In this document: positions 8,850 through 16,869 of the stretch, piece after piece
How the letters are laid out: each line of letters opens with the position of its first letter
How positions within the stretch are numbered: position 1 is the stretch's first letter
Made by a program: the position numbers and the translations under genes
Source of the DNA: Syntrophobacterales bacterium
GTDB lineage: Bacteria > Desulfobacterota > Syntrophobacteria > BM002
Assembly (NCBI GenBank): GCA_050123975.1
Contig: JASFGC010000002.1
Location: forward strand, 1-40,428
DNA: 40,428 nt
Reading direction: 5' to 3'
Notes under the pieces: model-generated
Database searches by the model: none
What the model saw: only the letters and a program-made list of their open reading frames with translations
What the model was told of the DNA's origin: nothing

Positions 8850-9050
8850 AGAAATCCGAAATTCGAATATCGAAACTGGGGCCCCGCCCGCAGGGTGGGG
8901 ACTCCGAAGGAGAAATCCGAAACAAATTCAAATTTTCAAAATCCACATGACCAAAACTTCAAAAACTTATATTTATTCGGCTTTGTTTTGAACATAAGAG
9001 AATTTGAAATTCGGATTTGTTTCGTGCTTCGGATTTAGGATTTCGAATTT
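8850..9050. repeat. AT-rich word-repeat block in the 344-bp spacer between the FeS-protein gene and the cytochrome c3 gene
   Basis: AAATCCGAAA/ATTCGAAT/ATCGAAAC octamer words lie on the left, and their complements (GAAATTCGGATTTGTTTCG, TTCGGATTTAGGATTTCGAATTT) on the right. CGAAACAAA (8918-8926) is complementary to TTTGTTTCG (9016-9024). A GC hairpin CCCCGCCC-GCA-GGGTGGGG sits at 8882-8900. Confidence 0.7.
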
Positions 9051-9115
9051 GGTTGCAGCTACGCTGCTCCCTGCTCTCTGCGGCTACCTCCGCTTTATTG
9101 CTACTTATGCTTGGT

Positions 9116-10414
9116 TTACTCCTCGTCTTCGTCTTCGTCCTTAGCTTTGAGTTCTTCCGGAATAATAAGAGCCTCCTCAAACATTTCTTTGAAAGAAAGC
9201 ACTTTGATGCCGAGGTCATACTCCTGGTTCAAGTCCCTCAGTTGATCGTAACAGTTGTGGCATGGGGTTATGCAAATGCTCGCTTCAGTAGCCCGAATTT
9301 GCTCTGCTTTCACTTTACCGGACCGCAGCCTTCTCTCCCTGAAAGGTCCGGCCATAGGGATGGCGCCTCCTCCACCGCCGCAGCAGAAGTTATATTCACC
9401 ATGGGGCTCCATCTCGACAAAATCCTCACAGAGGTATTTGATAACCTCCCGGGCATCCTTACCACAGCCACCGTTACGGCTGACATTGCAGGGATCCTGG
9501 TAGGTGCAACGCTCGTTAGCGAACACACTCTTATCCAGCTCGATCCTCCCCTGGCGGAGATACTCGGCAAAGAGGGTTACGCTGTGCACCACCTCAAACT
9601 TGTGGTCTCGTCCCAACCAAACAGGCGCTTCAAACTGAAGCGCACGCAGGGCGTGCCCTCATTCAGTTATGACAACGCGCTTCACCTCCAGCGCTTCAGC
9701 TGCGTCGCGAACCAATTGAGAGATATAGCCGGCAGCCTTGAGGTCGCCGGCAAACATGGCAAGGTTGGTGTCATCCCAACCCTTGCTGGACATGGTCCAA
9801 TCCTCCCCCGCCAGGTAAAAGACCATGGCAGCTTGGGAGATGTCCATGGGGTAGAACTTGGGCTCCCTGGCATTGACCGTATAAAGAACATTGGCTCCCT
9901 TCTTATCAATGGGAATAGTGGCACCCGGCAGTTCCTCCTGAAGCTCCTCCTCCATCCATTCAAGGGTGTCGATCCAGTCCTCCTCGCTCACCTCCATCTG
10001 ATTGCCATGTTTGTAATAACTCTCGATGGTTTTCACCAAGTTCTCGGGTACCTTGCCCTGAGAGACGCACAGACCCCGTCCGGTGCTGGTAATGGTGGCG
10101 ATATCGATACCAAAAGGACAGAACATGGTGCAGCGTCTACACATGGTGCAATCGCCATAGACAGTCCAGTAGAGGTCCTCGAGGAACTCCTCGTCTATCT
10201 TATCTTTCTTTTTGAAGGCCTCCAGGACTTTCTTGCCCTTTACAGCCGGGATCAGCTTTGGATCCTTATCATTGGCAAGGTAAAAGTGACAGGTGTCGGC
10301 ACAGAGGCCGCAATGGGCACAAATCTCCAACCACATTTTGAGCCGGGCATTGCTCTTTTCCTTTACCGACTTCTTGAAAGCTTCTGGGTTAAAGGCTGTT
10401 TCTTTGTCTCCCAT
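9116..10414 (-). CDS. HdrD/DsrK/TmcB-like iron-sulfur oxidoreductase (2x[4Fe-4S] plus CCG domain) with an in-frame TGA read as selenocysteine
   Basis: The listed ORFs 9659-10414 and 9116-9616 are in the same frame (1299 nt, 433 codons). The junction reads ..VKRVVITE-TGA(9659-9661)-GHALRALQFEAPVWLGRDHKFEVV.. Motifs include CAHCGLCADTC, CTMCRRCTMFCP, CTYQDPC, NFCCGGGGG and PCHNC. RBS AGGAGAG precedes the ATG at 10414. Confidence 0.8.
9625..9661 (-). promoter_or_regulatory. UGA(Sec) plus a candidate SECIS hairpin
   Basis: On the minus strand, UGA is followed after 15 nt by GCGCUUC (9643-9637), loop AGUUU (9636-9632), then GAAGCGC (9631-9625). This is a perfect 7-bp stem, and the loop starts 22 nt after the UGA. 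Confidence 0.55.
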
Positions 10415-10459
10415 TCATCTCTCCTAAAAAGATCTTTCATGGGCAGAGGAACTCCTTCA

Positions 10460-11110
10460 TTACCAAGAGGGAGCACTCCGTCTGCCGAATTCCATACCCG
10501 TTACCGCCCTGGAGAAGAAAAACATGAGAAAATGGCTCAATTTGGTAAAGGGAATAACCACCAACATGAGCTCTCCAAAGAAAATATGGAGGAGCAGAAC
10601 TGTATGATAATCAAAGTATTGGTGGTAGGCGAGATAACCGGTTACAAAGGGAGCCAAGGTCACTCCTAAAAGGGCATAATCGGCCGTTGTGGTTACAACC
10701 CGCACGTAAGGAAGGAAAATACGGCGTAAGGCCAAGAAGATGCCGCAGCCGATGGTGATGAGGGTCATGTAATCGGCTAGCGTCTCCGGCAGGGACCACC
10801 AGCTAATCTCCCAGGACTCGTACCATAGCACCCCATGCGCTAGCAGAAAAAGGGGCGTCACCAGCAAGCAGAAGTGAAATAAGAACCCCACTGCTGTGGT
10901 GATGGGGTTCTTCTTAGCCGTCTCATTAAGCGGAACGATCCAATGAAATATGGAGAGCGAGAGCCACTTCCAACTGAAGAAACGGTAGACGGGTTTGTCC
11001 TTTTTCGTGCTCAAGTTGAAAAACAACACAACCCTGACCACCATCCCACCAGTAAACACCCCGAATGCCAACCACAACAAGGGACCCCGTAGCAACTCAT
11101 AAAGGCTCAT
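10460..11110 (-). CDS. Integral membrane cytochrome b-type subunit (TmcC/HmcE/DsrM, NarI-like family)
   Basis: 216 aa with about 5-6 hydrophobic helices and conserved His in the helices (FHWIVP, LFHFCLL, LAHGV, LLHIFFGE). It lies directly upstream of the HdrD-like gene. RBS GAGGAGA. Confidence 0.65.
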   Translation of the reverse strand: MSLYELLRGPLLWLAFGVFTGGMVVRVVLFFNLSTKKDKPVYRFFSWKWLSLSIFHWIVPLNETAKKNPITTAVGFLFHFCLLVTPLFLLAHGVLWYESWEISWWSLPETLADYMTLITIGCGIFLALRRIFLPYVRVVTTTADYALLGVTLAPFVTGYLAYHQYFDYHTVLLLHIFFGELMLVVIPFTKLSHFLMFFFSRAVTGMEFGRRSAPSW

Positions 11111-11335
11111 GGGATTCTCCTCTTGTCTGATAGGATTTTAGTTTATAACCCAATAAAGTAACCATGTAAAGGTGTTGTCAGGTGAGCTGGGTGCAAAATA
11201 GCCAGCTAACTTTGCGCTTTTATTCGCATAGTTGTGTTTCTGCTTTGGCTGTTTGTAAGTAATCTGCAGGAACCGTACTGGCTATGGATTGGTGTCTTAC
11301 TGTTGTGATTTTGCAATTATTCGGCAAGTCGAGCT

Positions 11336-11369
11336 GCCCTGAAGCAGCAAGATCGAACCGCTTCAGGGC
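11336..11369 (-). terminator. Perfect 10-bp hairpin 39 nt after the metF stop (possible terminator or processing site)
   Basis: GCCCTGAAGC (11336-11345), a 14-nt loop, then GCTTCAGGGC (11360-11369). No U-tract follows on the minus strand. Confidence 0.3.
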
Positions 11370-11407
11370 ACCACTGCAGCCATGGGTAAATAATCCGGTT
11401 GAAATCT

Positions 11408-12334
11408 TTAAGATACTTCGGGACGTGGCAGCAAGCCGGCTCCGGAGACAATTTCCTCTACCCGTTCTTCCCACTCAATGGCCATTACGTGGACGCCAGC
11501 AATACCTTTCATCTCCTTCATCTCTTGGATCTGCTCGATGGCAATCTTGATGCCCTCGTCACCTTGCTTCTTCTTGTCCACTCCTTTCAAGCGAGTGATG
11601 TAGTCTTCAGGCACATCCAGACCTGGCACGAACTTTTGCATATAGCGAGCCATGCCCACTGATTTCAATGGGGTAATTCCGGCCATTACGTAACATTTCT
11701 CGGTAAGTCCCTGGTCAAAGGCCTGCTGCATGTAGGTACGGAATTTCTCCATGTTGTAGATACACTGAGTCTGGATAAAGTCCACCCCCGCATCAATCTT
11801 TTTCTTGAAACGGGTCACCCGAAAGTCGAAAGGATCAGCAAAGGGGTTGACTGCCGCCCCTATGAAGTAGTGGGGAATCCCCTCGCACTCATGATCATTG
11901 ATGAGCTTGCCCTCGTCCCGCATTTTCTTTAGCACCGCAATGAGCTGAATTGAGTCAATGTCAAAGACGTTCTTGGCCTGAGGGTGATCACCGAACTTCT
12001 GGTGGTCACCGGAGAGACAAAGCACATTCTTAATGCCCAAAGCTGAGGCACCGAGCAGATCAGCCTGAATGGCGAGCCGATTGCGGTCCCTGCAGACCAT
12101 CTGCAAATTGGGCTCAATCCCCATATCCAGCAACAGGCGGCAGACCGCCATGCTGGCCATCCGCACCACTGCAGTCTGATTATCAGTGACATTGACTGAT
12201 TCAACCATCCCCTTGAGGTATTTGGCCTTTTCGTGAATATGCCCTGCATCCGCACCACGGGGCGGCCCCAATTCACCGGTGACCGCAAAGTGTCCTGCGG
12301 CAAACATCTTTTCTAAATTGCTTTCAGCTTTCAT
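11408..12334 (-). CDS. metF: Methylene-tetrahydrofolate reductase, MetF (second copy)
   Basis: VNVTDNQ, QMVCRDRNR, LCLSGDHQ and FIQTQCIYN. It is a diverged paralog of 4067-5005, with an ATGA overlap to metV. Confidence 0.85.
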   Translation of the reverse strand: MKAESNLEKMFAAGHFAVTGELGPPRGADAGHIHEKAKYLKGMVESVNVTDNQTAVVRMASMAVCRLLLDMGIEPNLQMVCRDRNRLAIQADLLGASALGIKNVLCLSGDHQKFGDHPQAKNVFDIDSIQLIAVLKKMRDEGKLINDHECEGIPHYFIGAAVNPFADPFDFRVTRFKKKIDAGVDFIQTQCIYNMEKFRTYMQQAFDQGLTEKCYVMAGITPLKSVGMARYMQKFVPGLDVPEDYITRLKGVDKKKQGDEGIKIAIEQIQEMKEMKGIAGVHVMAIEWEERVEEIVSGAGLLPRPEVS

Positions 12335-13005
12335 TGTTTCAAATCCTCCCTGACAATCTTGCGGGGGCCACCGTCGCGGCTGGTGGTCCAGTCCTTGAAC
12401 ATGACCACGTTACCCATTTTGTCCAACTGTCCCAAACGGCTCATCCGCTCGTAGATGAGATGCCAGACGCAGTCCGTTTCGGGGTTGATCTCACATTTTC
12501 CCCCGGAGGACCCACCGCAGGGACCATTCATCAAACTCTTGGCACAGCGGGCAATGGGACACAGCGTTCCGAAATTGTGAATGCCACAGGTACCACAGGC
12601 CTGGCAGAATTCGGCCCAGACCCCATGCTCCAGAGCACCACCAATAAACGAGGTGTTGAGCATGGGGTACACCAGTACCTCTTCATACCGTTTGGCGATA
12701 TACTGGGGCCCCACGCTACAGGCCATGGACAAAATCGCATCGTAGTCACTGTTGGCAATGGGTCCCTCCAATTGGTCAATGTATTCCGGATCACACTGAC
12801 GCTCCAGCGTGATCTCATCGATTTCAATTTCCCGGCCCTCCTTCTTGCGAGCTATCTTCAGTGCCGAGGCGAGAATACCTACCTCCTTCTCACCCCCAGC
12901 GTTACAGACGGTGACACACCCTTTGCAGCCGGCGAGCAGGACTTTGTTGAAATCGGCTATCATGTCCAAAATCTCTTCAATTGGCTTTCGTTCCGCCACA
13001 ACCAT
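12331..13005 (-). CDS. metV: MetV, MTHFR small Cys-rich subunit (second copy)
   Basis: AGCKGCVTVC, CQACGTC, CPIARC and NGPCGG. RBS AGGAGGGA. Confidence 0.8.
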   Translation of the reverse strand: MVVAERKPIEEILDMIADFNKVLLAGCKGCVTVCNAGGEKEVGILASALKIARKKEGREIEIDEITLERQCDPEYIDQLEGPIANSDYDAILSMACSVGPQYIAKRYEEVLVYPMLNTSFIGGALEHGVWAEFCQACGTCGIHNFGTLCPIARCAKSLMNGPCGGSSGGKCEINPETDCVWHLIYERMSRLGQLDKMGNVVMFKDWTTSRDGGPRKIVREDLKQ

Positions 13006-13131
13006 TGGCTGTCCCTCCTTGCCGGACCATCTTTGAAAACTGACGATCGGCAGTGTGGATTATCTTGTAAACGAAAAGTCTAACTGTCTTGCGAAAGCAG
13101 ATGCTCTGCTCACCCAAAGACCGATCGCCGC

Positions 13132-13569
13132 TCAAGCGGCTTTGACTCCAGATTTTTTTCCCGAACCCACCGGGCTCGGGCCCAGTTCCTGAATACGGGT
13201 GGTAAATTCCCGAGCAAATTCGGCAAACCGGGGACCCTGGGCGGCACTGAGGTTATACATCTCCACCCGCTCGGGTTCGATGCCCATTTCCTCCAAAAGT
13301 TTTTTTACGTACTCCACCCTTTTTCTGGCCTTCAGGTTGCCGGTGAGATAGTGGCAGTCCCCTTCCAGACACCCGACCACGTAGGCTCCATCAGCTCCGT
13401 CCTCTATGGCCTTGAGCAGGTGCAGAATATCCACCCTGCCGGTGCAAGGCACGTTAATGATCCTGATATTGGTGGGATAGTTCAGTCGCATGGAACCTGC
13501 CAGGTCCGCCGCCGAGTAGCCTCAGTACATGCAACAAAACGTTACGATCTGCGGTTCAAATTCTGCCAT
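13132..13569 (-). CDS. mvhD: MvhD-type protein with an in-frame TGA read as selenocysteine (second copy)
   Basis: On the minus strand, the ATG at 13569 reads MAEFEPQIVTFCCMY-TGA(13524-13522)-GYSAADLAGS, continuing into the listed ORF that starts at 13491. Total 438 nt, or 146 codons. RBS AAGGTGGAAG. The Sec position is the same as in copy 1. Confidence 0.8.
13492..13524 (-). promoter_or_regulatory. UGA(Sec) plus a candidate SECIS hairpin
   Basis: The same GGACC-UGGCA-GGUUCC hairpin as copy 1, at 13507-13492. The 23-nt run GCGGACCTGGCAGGTTCCATGCG is identical in both copies. Confidence 0.5.
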
Positions 13570-13598
13570 GATTTCTTCCACCTTGATCTGAGTAAAGG

Positions 13599-16500
13599 TT
13601 ATGATTTCCCTGCCGCCGCTTCTCCAATCTCTTTCAAAAGCAATGCGTCAGTCTTGGCAATCAGCTGTTTATCGGTGAAGTGCTGCAGGCTGATGGCCTT
13701 GCCCGGGCATTCGGCTACACAGGCGCCGCAACCCCGACAGCCGGCCGGATCAATAACAGCGTACCCATCTTCGCCGATATAGGGCACCTCGAAGGGACAG
13801 GTGCGCACACAGGTAAGGCAAACGGCACATTTGTCCGGCTCAACCACCGCCTTCACCGCACCCAAAGTGATCACGTCCTTGGCCAGAACCGTAGAAGCCC
13901 GGGCCGCCGCCGCTTGGGCCTGGGCAATTGCCTCATCAATGGACTTGGGATAGTGGGCCAGACCGCAGAGGAAGAGGCCGTCGCTGCCAAAATCCACCGG
14001 CCGCAGCTTCATGTGGGCTTCCAGGAAAAAACCTTCTGCATTCTGGTTGACCTTGAGGGCACTAACAACCTCTCTGGCCTCATTGGGTAAGACAGCCGAA
14101 GCCAACACCAGAGCATCCGCCGGAATCACCAAATCTCTACCCAGGATGGGATCATGGATCTGGACCTTCAAGCTCCCGCTCCCGTTGCTCACCTGCGGCT
14201 TCGTGTCCAGGGAATAGCGAATAAAAAGAACTCCTTTGCCGCGGGCCTCCTTGTAAAGATCCTCGCGAAAGCCGTAGGTACGGATATCCCGGTAGAGGAT
14301 GTAGACATCCATATCGGGGTTGAGCTCCTTGAGCTGGAGGGCGCTCTCCATGGAGTGGGTGCAACATATCTTGGAGCAGTAAGGTCTCTCTTCGTCCCGA
14401 GAGCCAACGCACTGGATAAAGACTGTACGGTTCACATCTTTGAAGCCATTGCCGTCCTCTTTCAAACGGGAATCCAACTCCAGGGCAGTGAGTACCCGGT
14501 CGTCTTCTCCATAGAGATATTCTGTGGGCTGGAGCTCTTTGCCACCCGTGGCCACAATGCTGACGCCGTGCTGCACGGTGGTTTTTTGTTCAGGCTCATC
14601 AACCTTCTCCAAAATGGTATCAAAATTACCCACAAAGCCGGTGTTTGCCGCCAGTTGGGTGTTGGTGTGCACAGTAATATGCTCATGGCTCCCTACCCGG
14701 GAAACCAGATCCTTGACGTAGGAGCCGATATCTTCACCCTTCCAGGTTTTCCGGAGCTTGAGGGCGTTGCCACCCAGCTCACCGGTCTTCTCCACCAGAT
14801 GCACTGGAAAGCCCTGGTCGGCCAGGGTCAAGGCCGCCACCATACCCGCCACTCCTCCGCCTACTACCAGGGCCGCCTTGTTGAGGCCGAGGACCGTCTG
14901 TTCCAGGGGATCTAGCAAGGCGGCTTTGGCCACGGCGCCACGCACCAGGTCTTTGGCCTTTTCCGTAGCCCCTTCCGGATCGTTCTGGTGTACCCAAGTG
15001 TCTTGATCACGGATGTTGGCCATTTCAAAAAGGTATTGGTTCAGTCCTGCCTCCCGGATGGTTTCCTGGAACATGGGTTCATGGGTCCTGGGTGAACAGG
15101 AGGCCACCACCACCCGGTTGATGTCTTTTTCCTGGATCACCTCGCGAATCTTCTCTTGGGTGTCCTGGGAACAAGTAAAGAGGTTGTCTTCCACGTGCAC
15201 CACATGAGGCAAATTTTTGGCATAGTCCCGCACCGCCGGCACATCAGCATAGCCGCCGATGTTGATACCGCAATTGCAGACAAACACGCCCACCCGCGGC
15301 TCCTCCCCGGCCACCAAGCGCTCATCGGGAAGTTCCTTGGTCTTGGTCAGGGCAAAGCGGCTTTCCACCAGAGGGGCGGCGGCAGCAGCAGCAGCGGCAC
15401 TGGCCTCCATCACCGAAATGGGGATATCCTTGGGGTCGCGGAAGGCGCCGCACACGAAGATACCTTCTCTGGAGGTCTTTACCGGTTCGAAGCTGCTGGT
15501 CTCAGCAAAATTGTGCTCATTGAGCTCGATCCCCAGACGTTCAGCCAGCTCCACCGTCCGCTTGGAGGGTTGAAAGCCGGAGGAGAGCACCACCATGTCA
15601 AATTCCTCTTCCAGGGACTTGCCCTCTTCATCGGTGTAGACAATCTTCAGGCTGCCCTCTTCCACCGGGTCAACGGTGTGGACCCTGGAGCGAATAAAGC
15701 GCACCCCGTGCTCTTCCTTGGCGCGCTCGTAGTATTTTTCAAAGTCCTTGCCATAAGTGCGCATATCCATAAAGAATATGGCGGTGTCCAGGGGCTCGTG
15801 GCTGTGCTCCTTGGCAATCACCGCCTCCTTGATGGCGTACATGCAACAGACCGCCGAGCAGTAACTGTTATCACAGTGATGAATGTCTCGGGATCCCACG
15901 CATTGCAGCCAGGCGATGCTTTTGGGCTCTTCCCGGTCCCAAGGCCGCATAAGGTGTCCCTGATAGGGACCGGAGGCACTGAGAATCCTTTCGAATTCGA
16001 GACTGGTGACCACGTTGGGGTGGCCGGCGTAGGCATAGGTGTCGAATGAGGCTGGATTAAAGACCTCATTGCCGGTGGCCAAAATAACAGCGCCCACATC
16101 CAGTGTCGACCTCCGCTCCTCTTCGTCGTAAACGATGGCCTTGGCTAGACAAAGCTTCTCGCACAGGCCGCAACCGATACAGGTCTCCCGGTCAATGGCA
16201 TAGGCGAGAGGAACGGCCTGGGGATACTTGATGTAGGTGGCAGTGCGCCGGTCGAGGCCCTCGTTAAATTCGTTTACTGCAGTCACCGGACAGTGCTGTT
16301 TACAAACGCCACAACCTGTGCACTTCTCCGGGTCGATAAAGCGAGGGCGATTTACCAAATGGGCCTGAAAGCTCCCCACCTCACCCTCTACAGAGTCCAA
16401 CTCGGTGTTGCTAATAATGTTGATGTTCAGGTGTCGTCCTGCATCCACTAGCTTGGGGGAGACAATACACATGGAGCAGTCATTGGTGGGGAAGGTTTTG

Positions 16501-16658
16501 TCCAGCTGGGGCATAAGTCCCCCGATACTGGGGGAAGCGTCCACCAGATGGACGTAAAACCCGGATTCGGCCAAATCAAGGGAGGCCTGAATGCCGGCAA
16601 TGCCCGCACCAACTACCATGACCGAACCAACTTTGGAATTTCCGCTCTTGGCTGCCAT
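13599..16658 (-). CDS. hdrA: Tandem HdrA-HdrA-like flavoprotein (1019 aa, no GltD module)
   Basis: There are two HdrA units, each with a Rossmann motif (VVGAGIAG and VVGGGVAGM) and QCVGSRD..YCS..CC. Also DKTFPTNDCSMC, CNCGINIGG, VVVASCSPRTHE and C-terminal CxxCxxC..CP / CxxCxxCxxxCP. RBS GAGAGGA. Confidence 0.85.
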   Translation of the reverse strand: MAAKSGNSKVGSVMVVGAGIAGIQASLDLAESGFYVHLVDASPSIGGLMPQLDKTFPTNDCSMCIVSPKLVDAGRHLNINIISNTELDSVEGEVGSFQAHLVNRPRFIDPEKCTGCGVCKQHCPVTAVNEFNEGLDRRTATYIKYPQAVPLAYAIDRETCIGCGLCEKLCLAKAIVYDEEERRSTLDVGAVILATGNEVFNPASFDTYAYAGHPNVVTSLEFERILSASGPYQGHLMRPWDREEPKSIAWLQCVGSRDIHHCDNSYCSAVCCMYAIKEAVIAKEHSHEPLDTAIFFMDMRTYGKDFEKYYERAKEEHGVRFIRSRVHTVDPVEEGSLKIVYTDEEGKSLEEEFDMVVLSSGFQPSKRTVELAERLGIELNEHNFAETSSFEPVKTSREGIFVCGAFRDPKDIPISVMEASAAAAAAAAPLVESRFALTKTKELPDERLVAGEEPRVGVFVCNCGINIGGYADVPAVRDYAKNLPHVVHVEDNLFTCSQDTQEKIREVIQEKDINRVVVASCSPRTHEPMFQETIREAGLNQYLFEMANIRDQDTWVHQNDPEGATEKAKDLVRGAVAKAALLDPLEQTVLGLNKAALVVGGGVAGMVAALTLADQGFPVHLVEKTGELGGNALKLRKTWKGEDIGSYVKDLVSRVGSHEHITVHTNTQLAANTGFVGNFDTILEKVDEPEQKTTVQHGVSIVATGGKELQPTEYLYGEDDRVLTALELDSRLKEDGNGFKDVNRTVFIQCVGSRDEERPYCSKICCTHSMESALQLKELNPDMDVYILYRDIRTYGFREDLYKEARGKGVLFIRYSLDTKPQVSNGSGSLKVQIHDPILGRDLVIPADALVLASAVLPNEAREVVSALKVNQNAEGFFLEAHMKLRPVDFGSDGLFLCGLAHYPKSIDEAIAQAQAAAARASTVLAKDVITLGAVKAVVEPDKCAVCLTCVRTCPFEVPYIGEDGYAVIDPAGCRGCGACVAECPGKAISLQHFTDKQLIAKTDALLLKEIGEAAAGKS

Positions 16659-16749
16659 CTCTTGTATCCTCTCGATACCTTAAGTTTTCTTTGAGCTGAA
16701 GATTGGCTTTTCAGTACTTCTCTATTCGACATCCCCGCTACAGAGGGCA

Positions 16750-16855
16750 AAACAAATTCTCAACTTCAGATGTGTGATATGAGGTTCGACATTTTCCTCG
16801 GATTTAGTATCCCACATCTCACATCTCACATCTCACATCCAGGTTAAATTTGTTT
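16750..16855. repeat. Intergenic repeat block bracketed by a 9-bp inverted repeat and containing a (CACATCT)x4 heptamer array
   Basis: AAACAAATT (16750-16758) is complementary to AATTTGTTT (16847-16855). The CACATCT array at 16813-16840 has last unit CACATCC. Upstream, AGATGTGTGATATGAGG (16768-16784) is partly complementary to the array. The word CGAAACAAATT is shared with the 8850-9050 block. Confidence 0.8.
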
Positions 16856-16869
16856 CGAAATTCTTTCTT

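Noticed and set aside
9017-10669. A 550-aa plus-strand ORF, among the longer listed ORFs.
   Set aside because: It lies antisense to the HdrD-like and cytochrome b genes and begins inside the AT-rich repeat block. It has low-complexity composition, no recognisable motifs and no RBS. The minus-strand genes have strong family motifs, so this is a shadow ORF.
12334-16049. Several long plus-strand ORFs (12334-13083, 14154-14915, 15156-16049); similar ones lie at 18290-18742, 19412-19945 and 20627-21238.
   Set aside because: All are antisense shadows of the metV and hdrA genes. They show typical G/R/H/V-rich antisense composition, no RBS and no family motifs.
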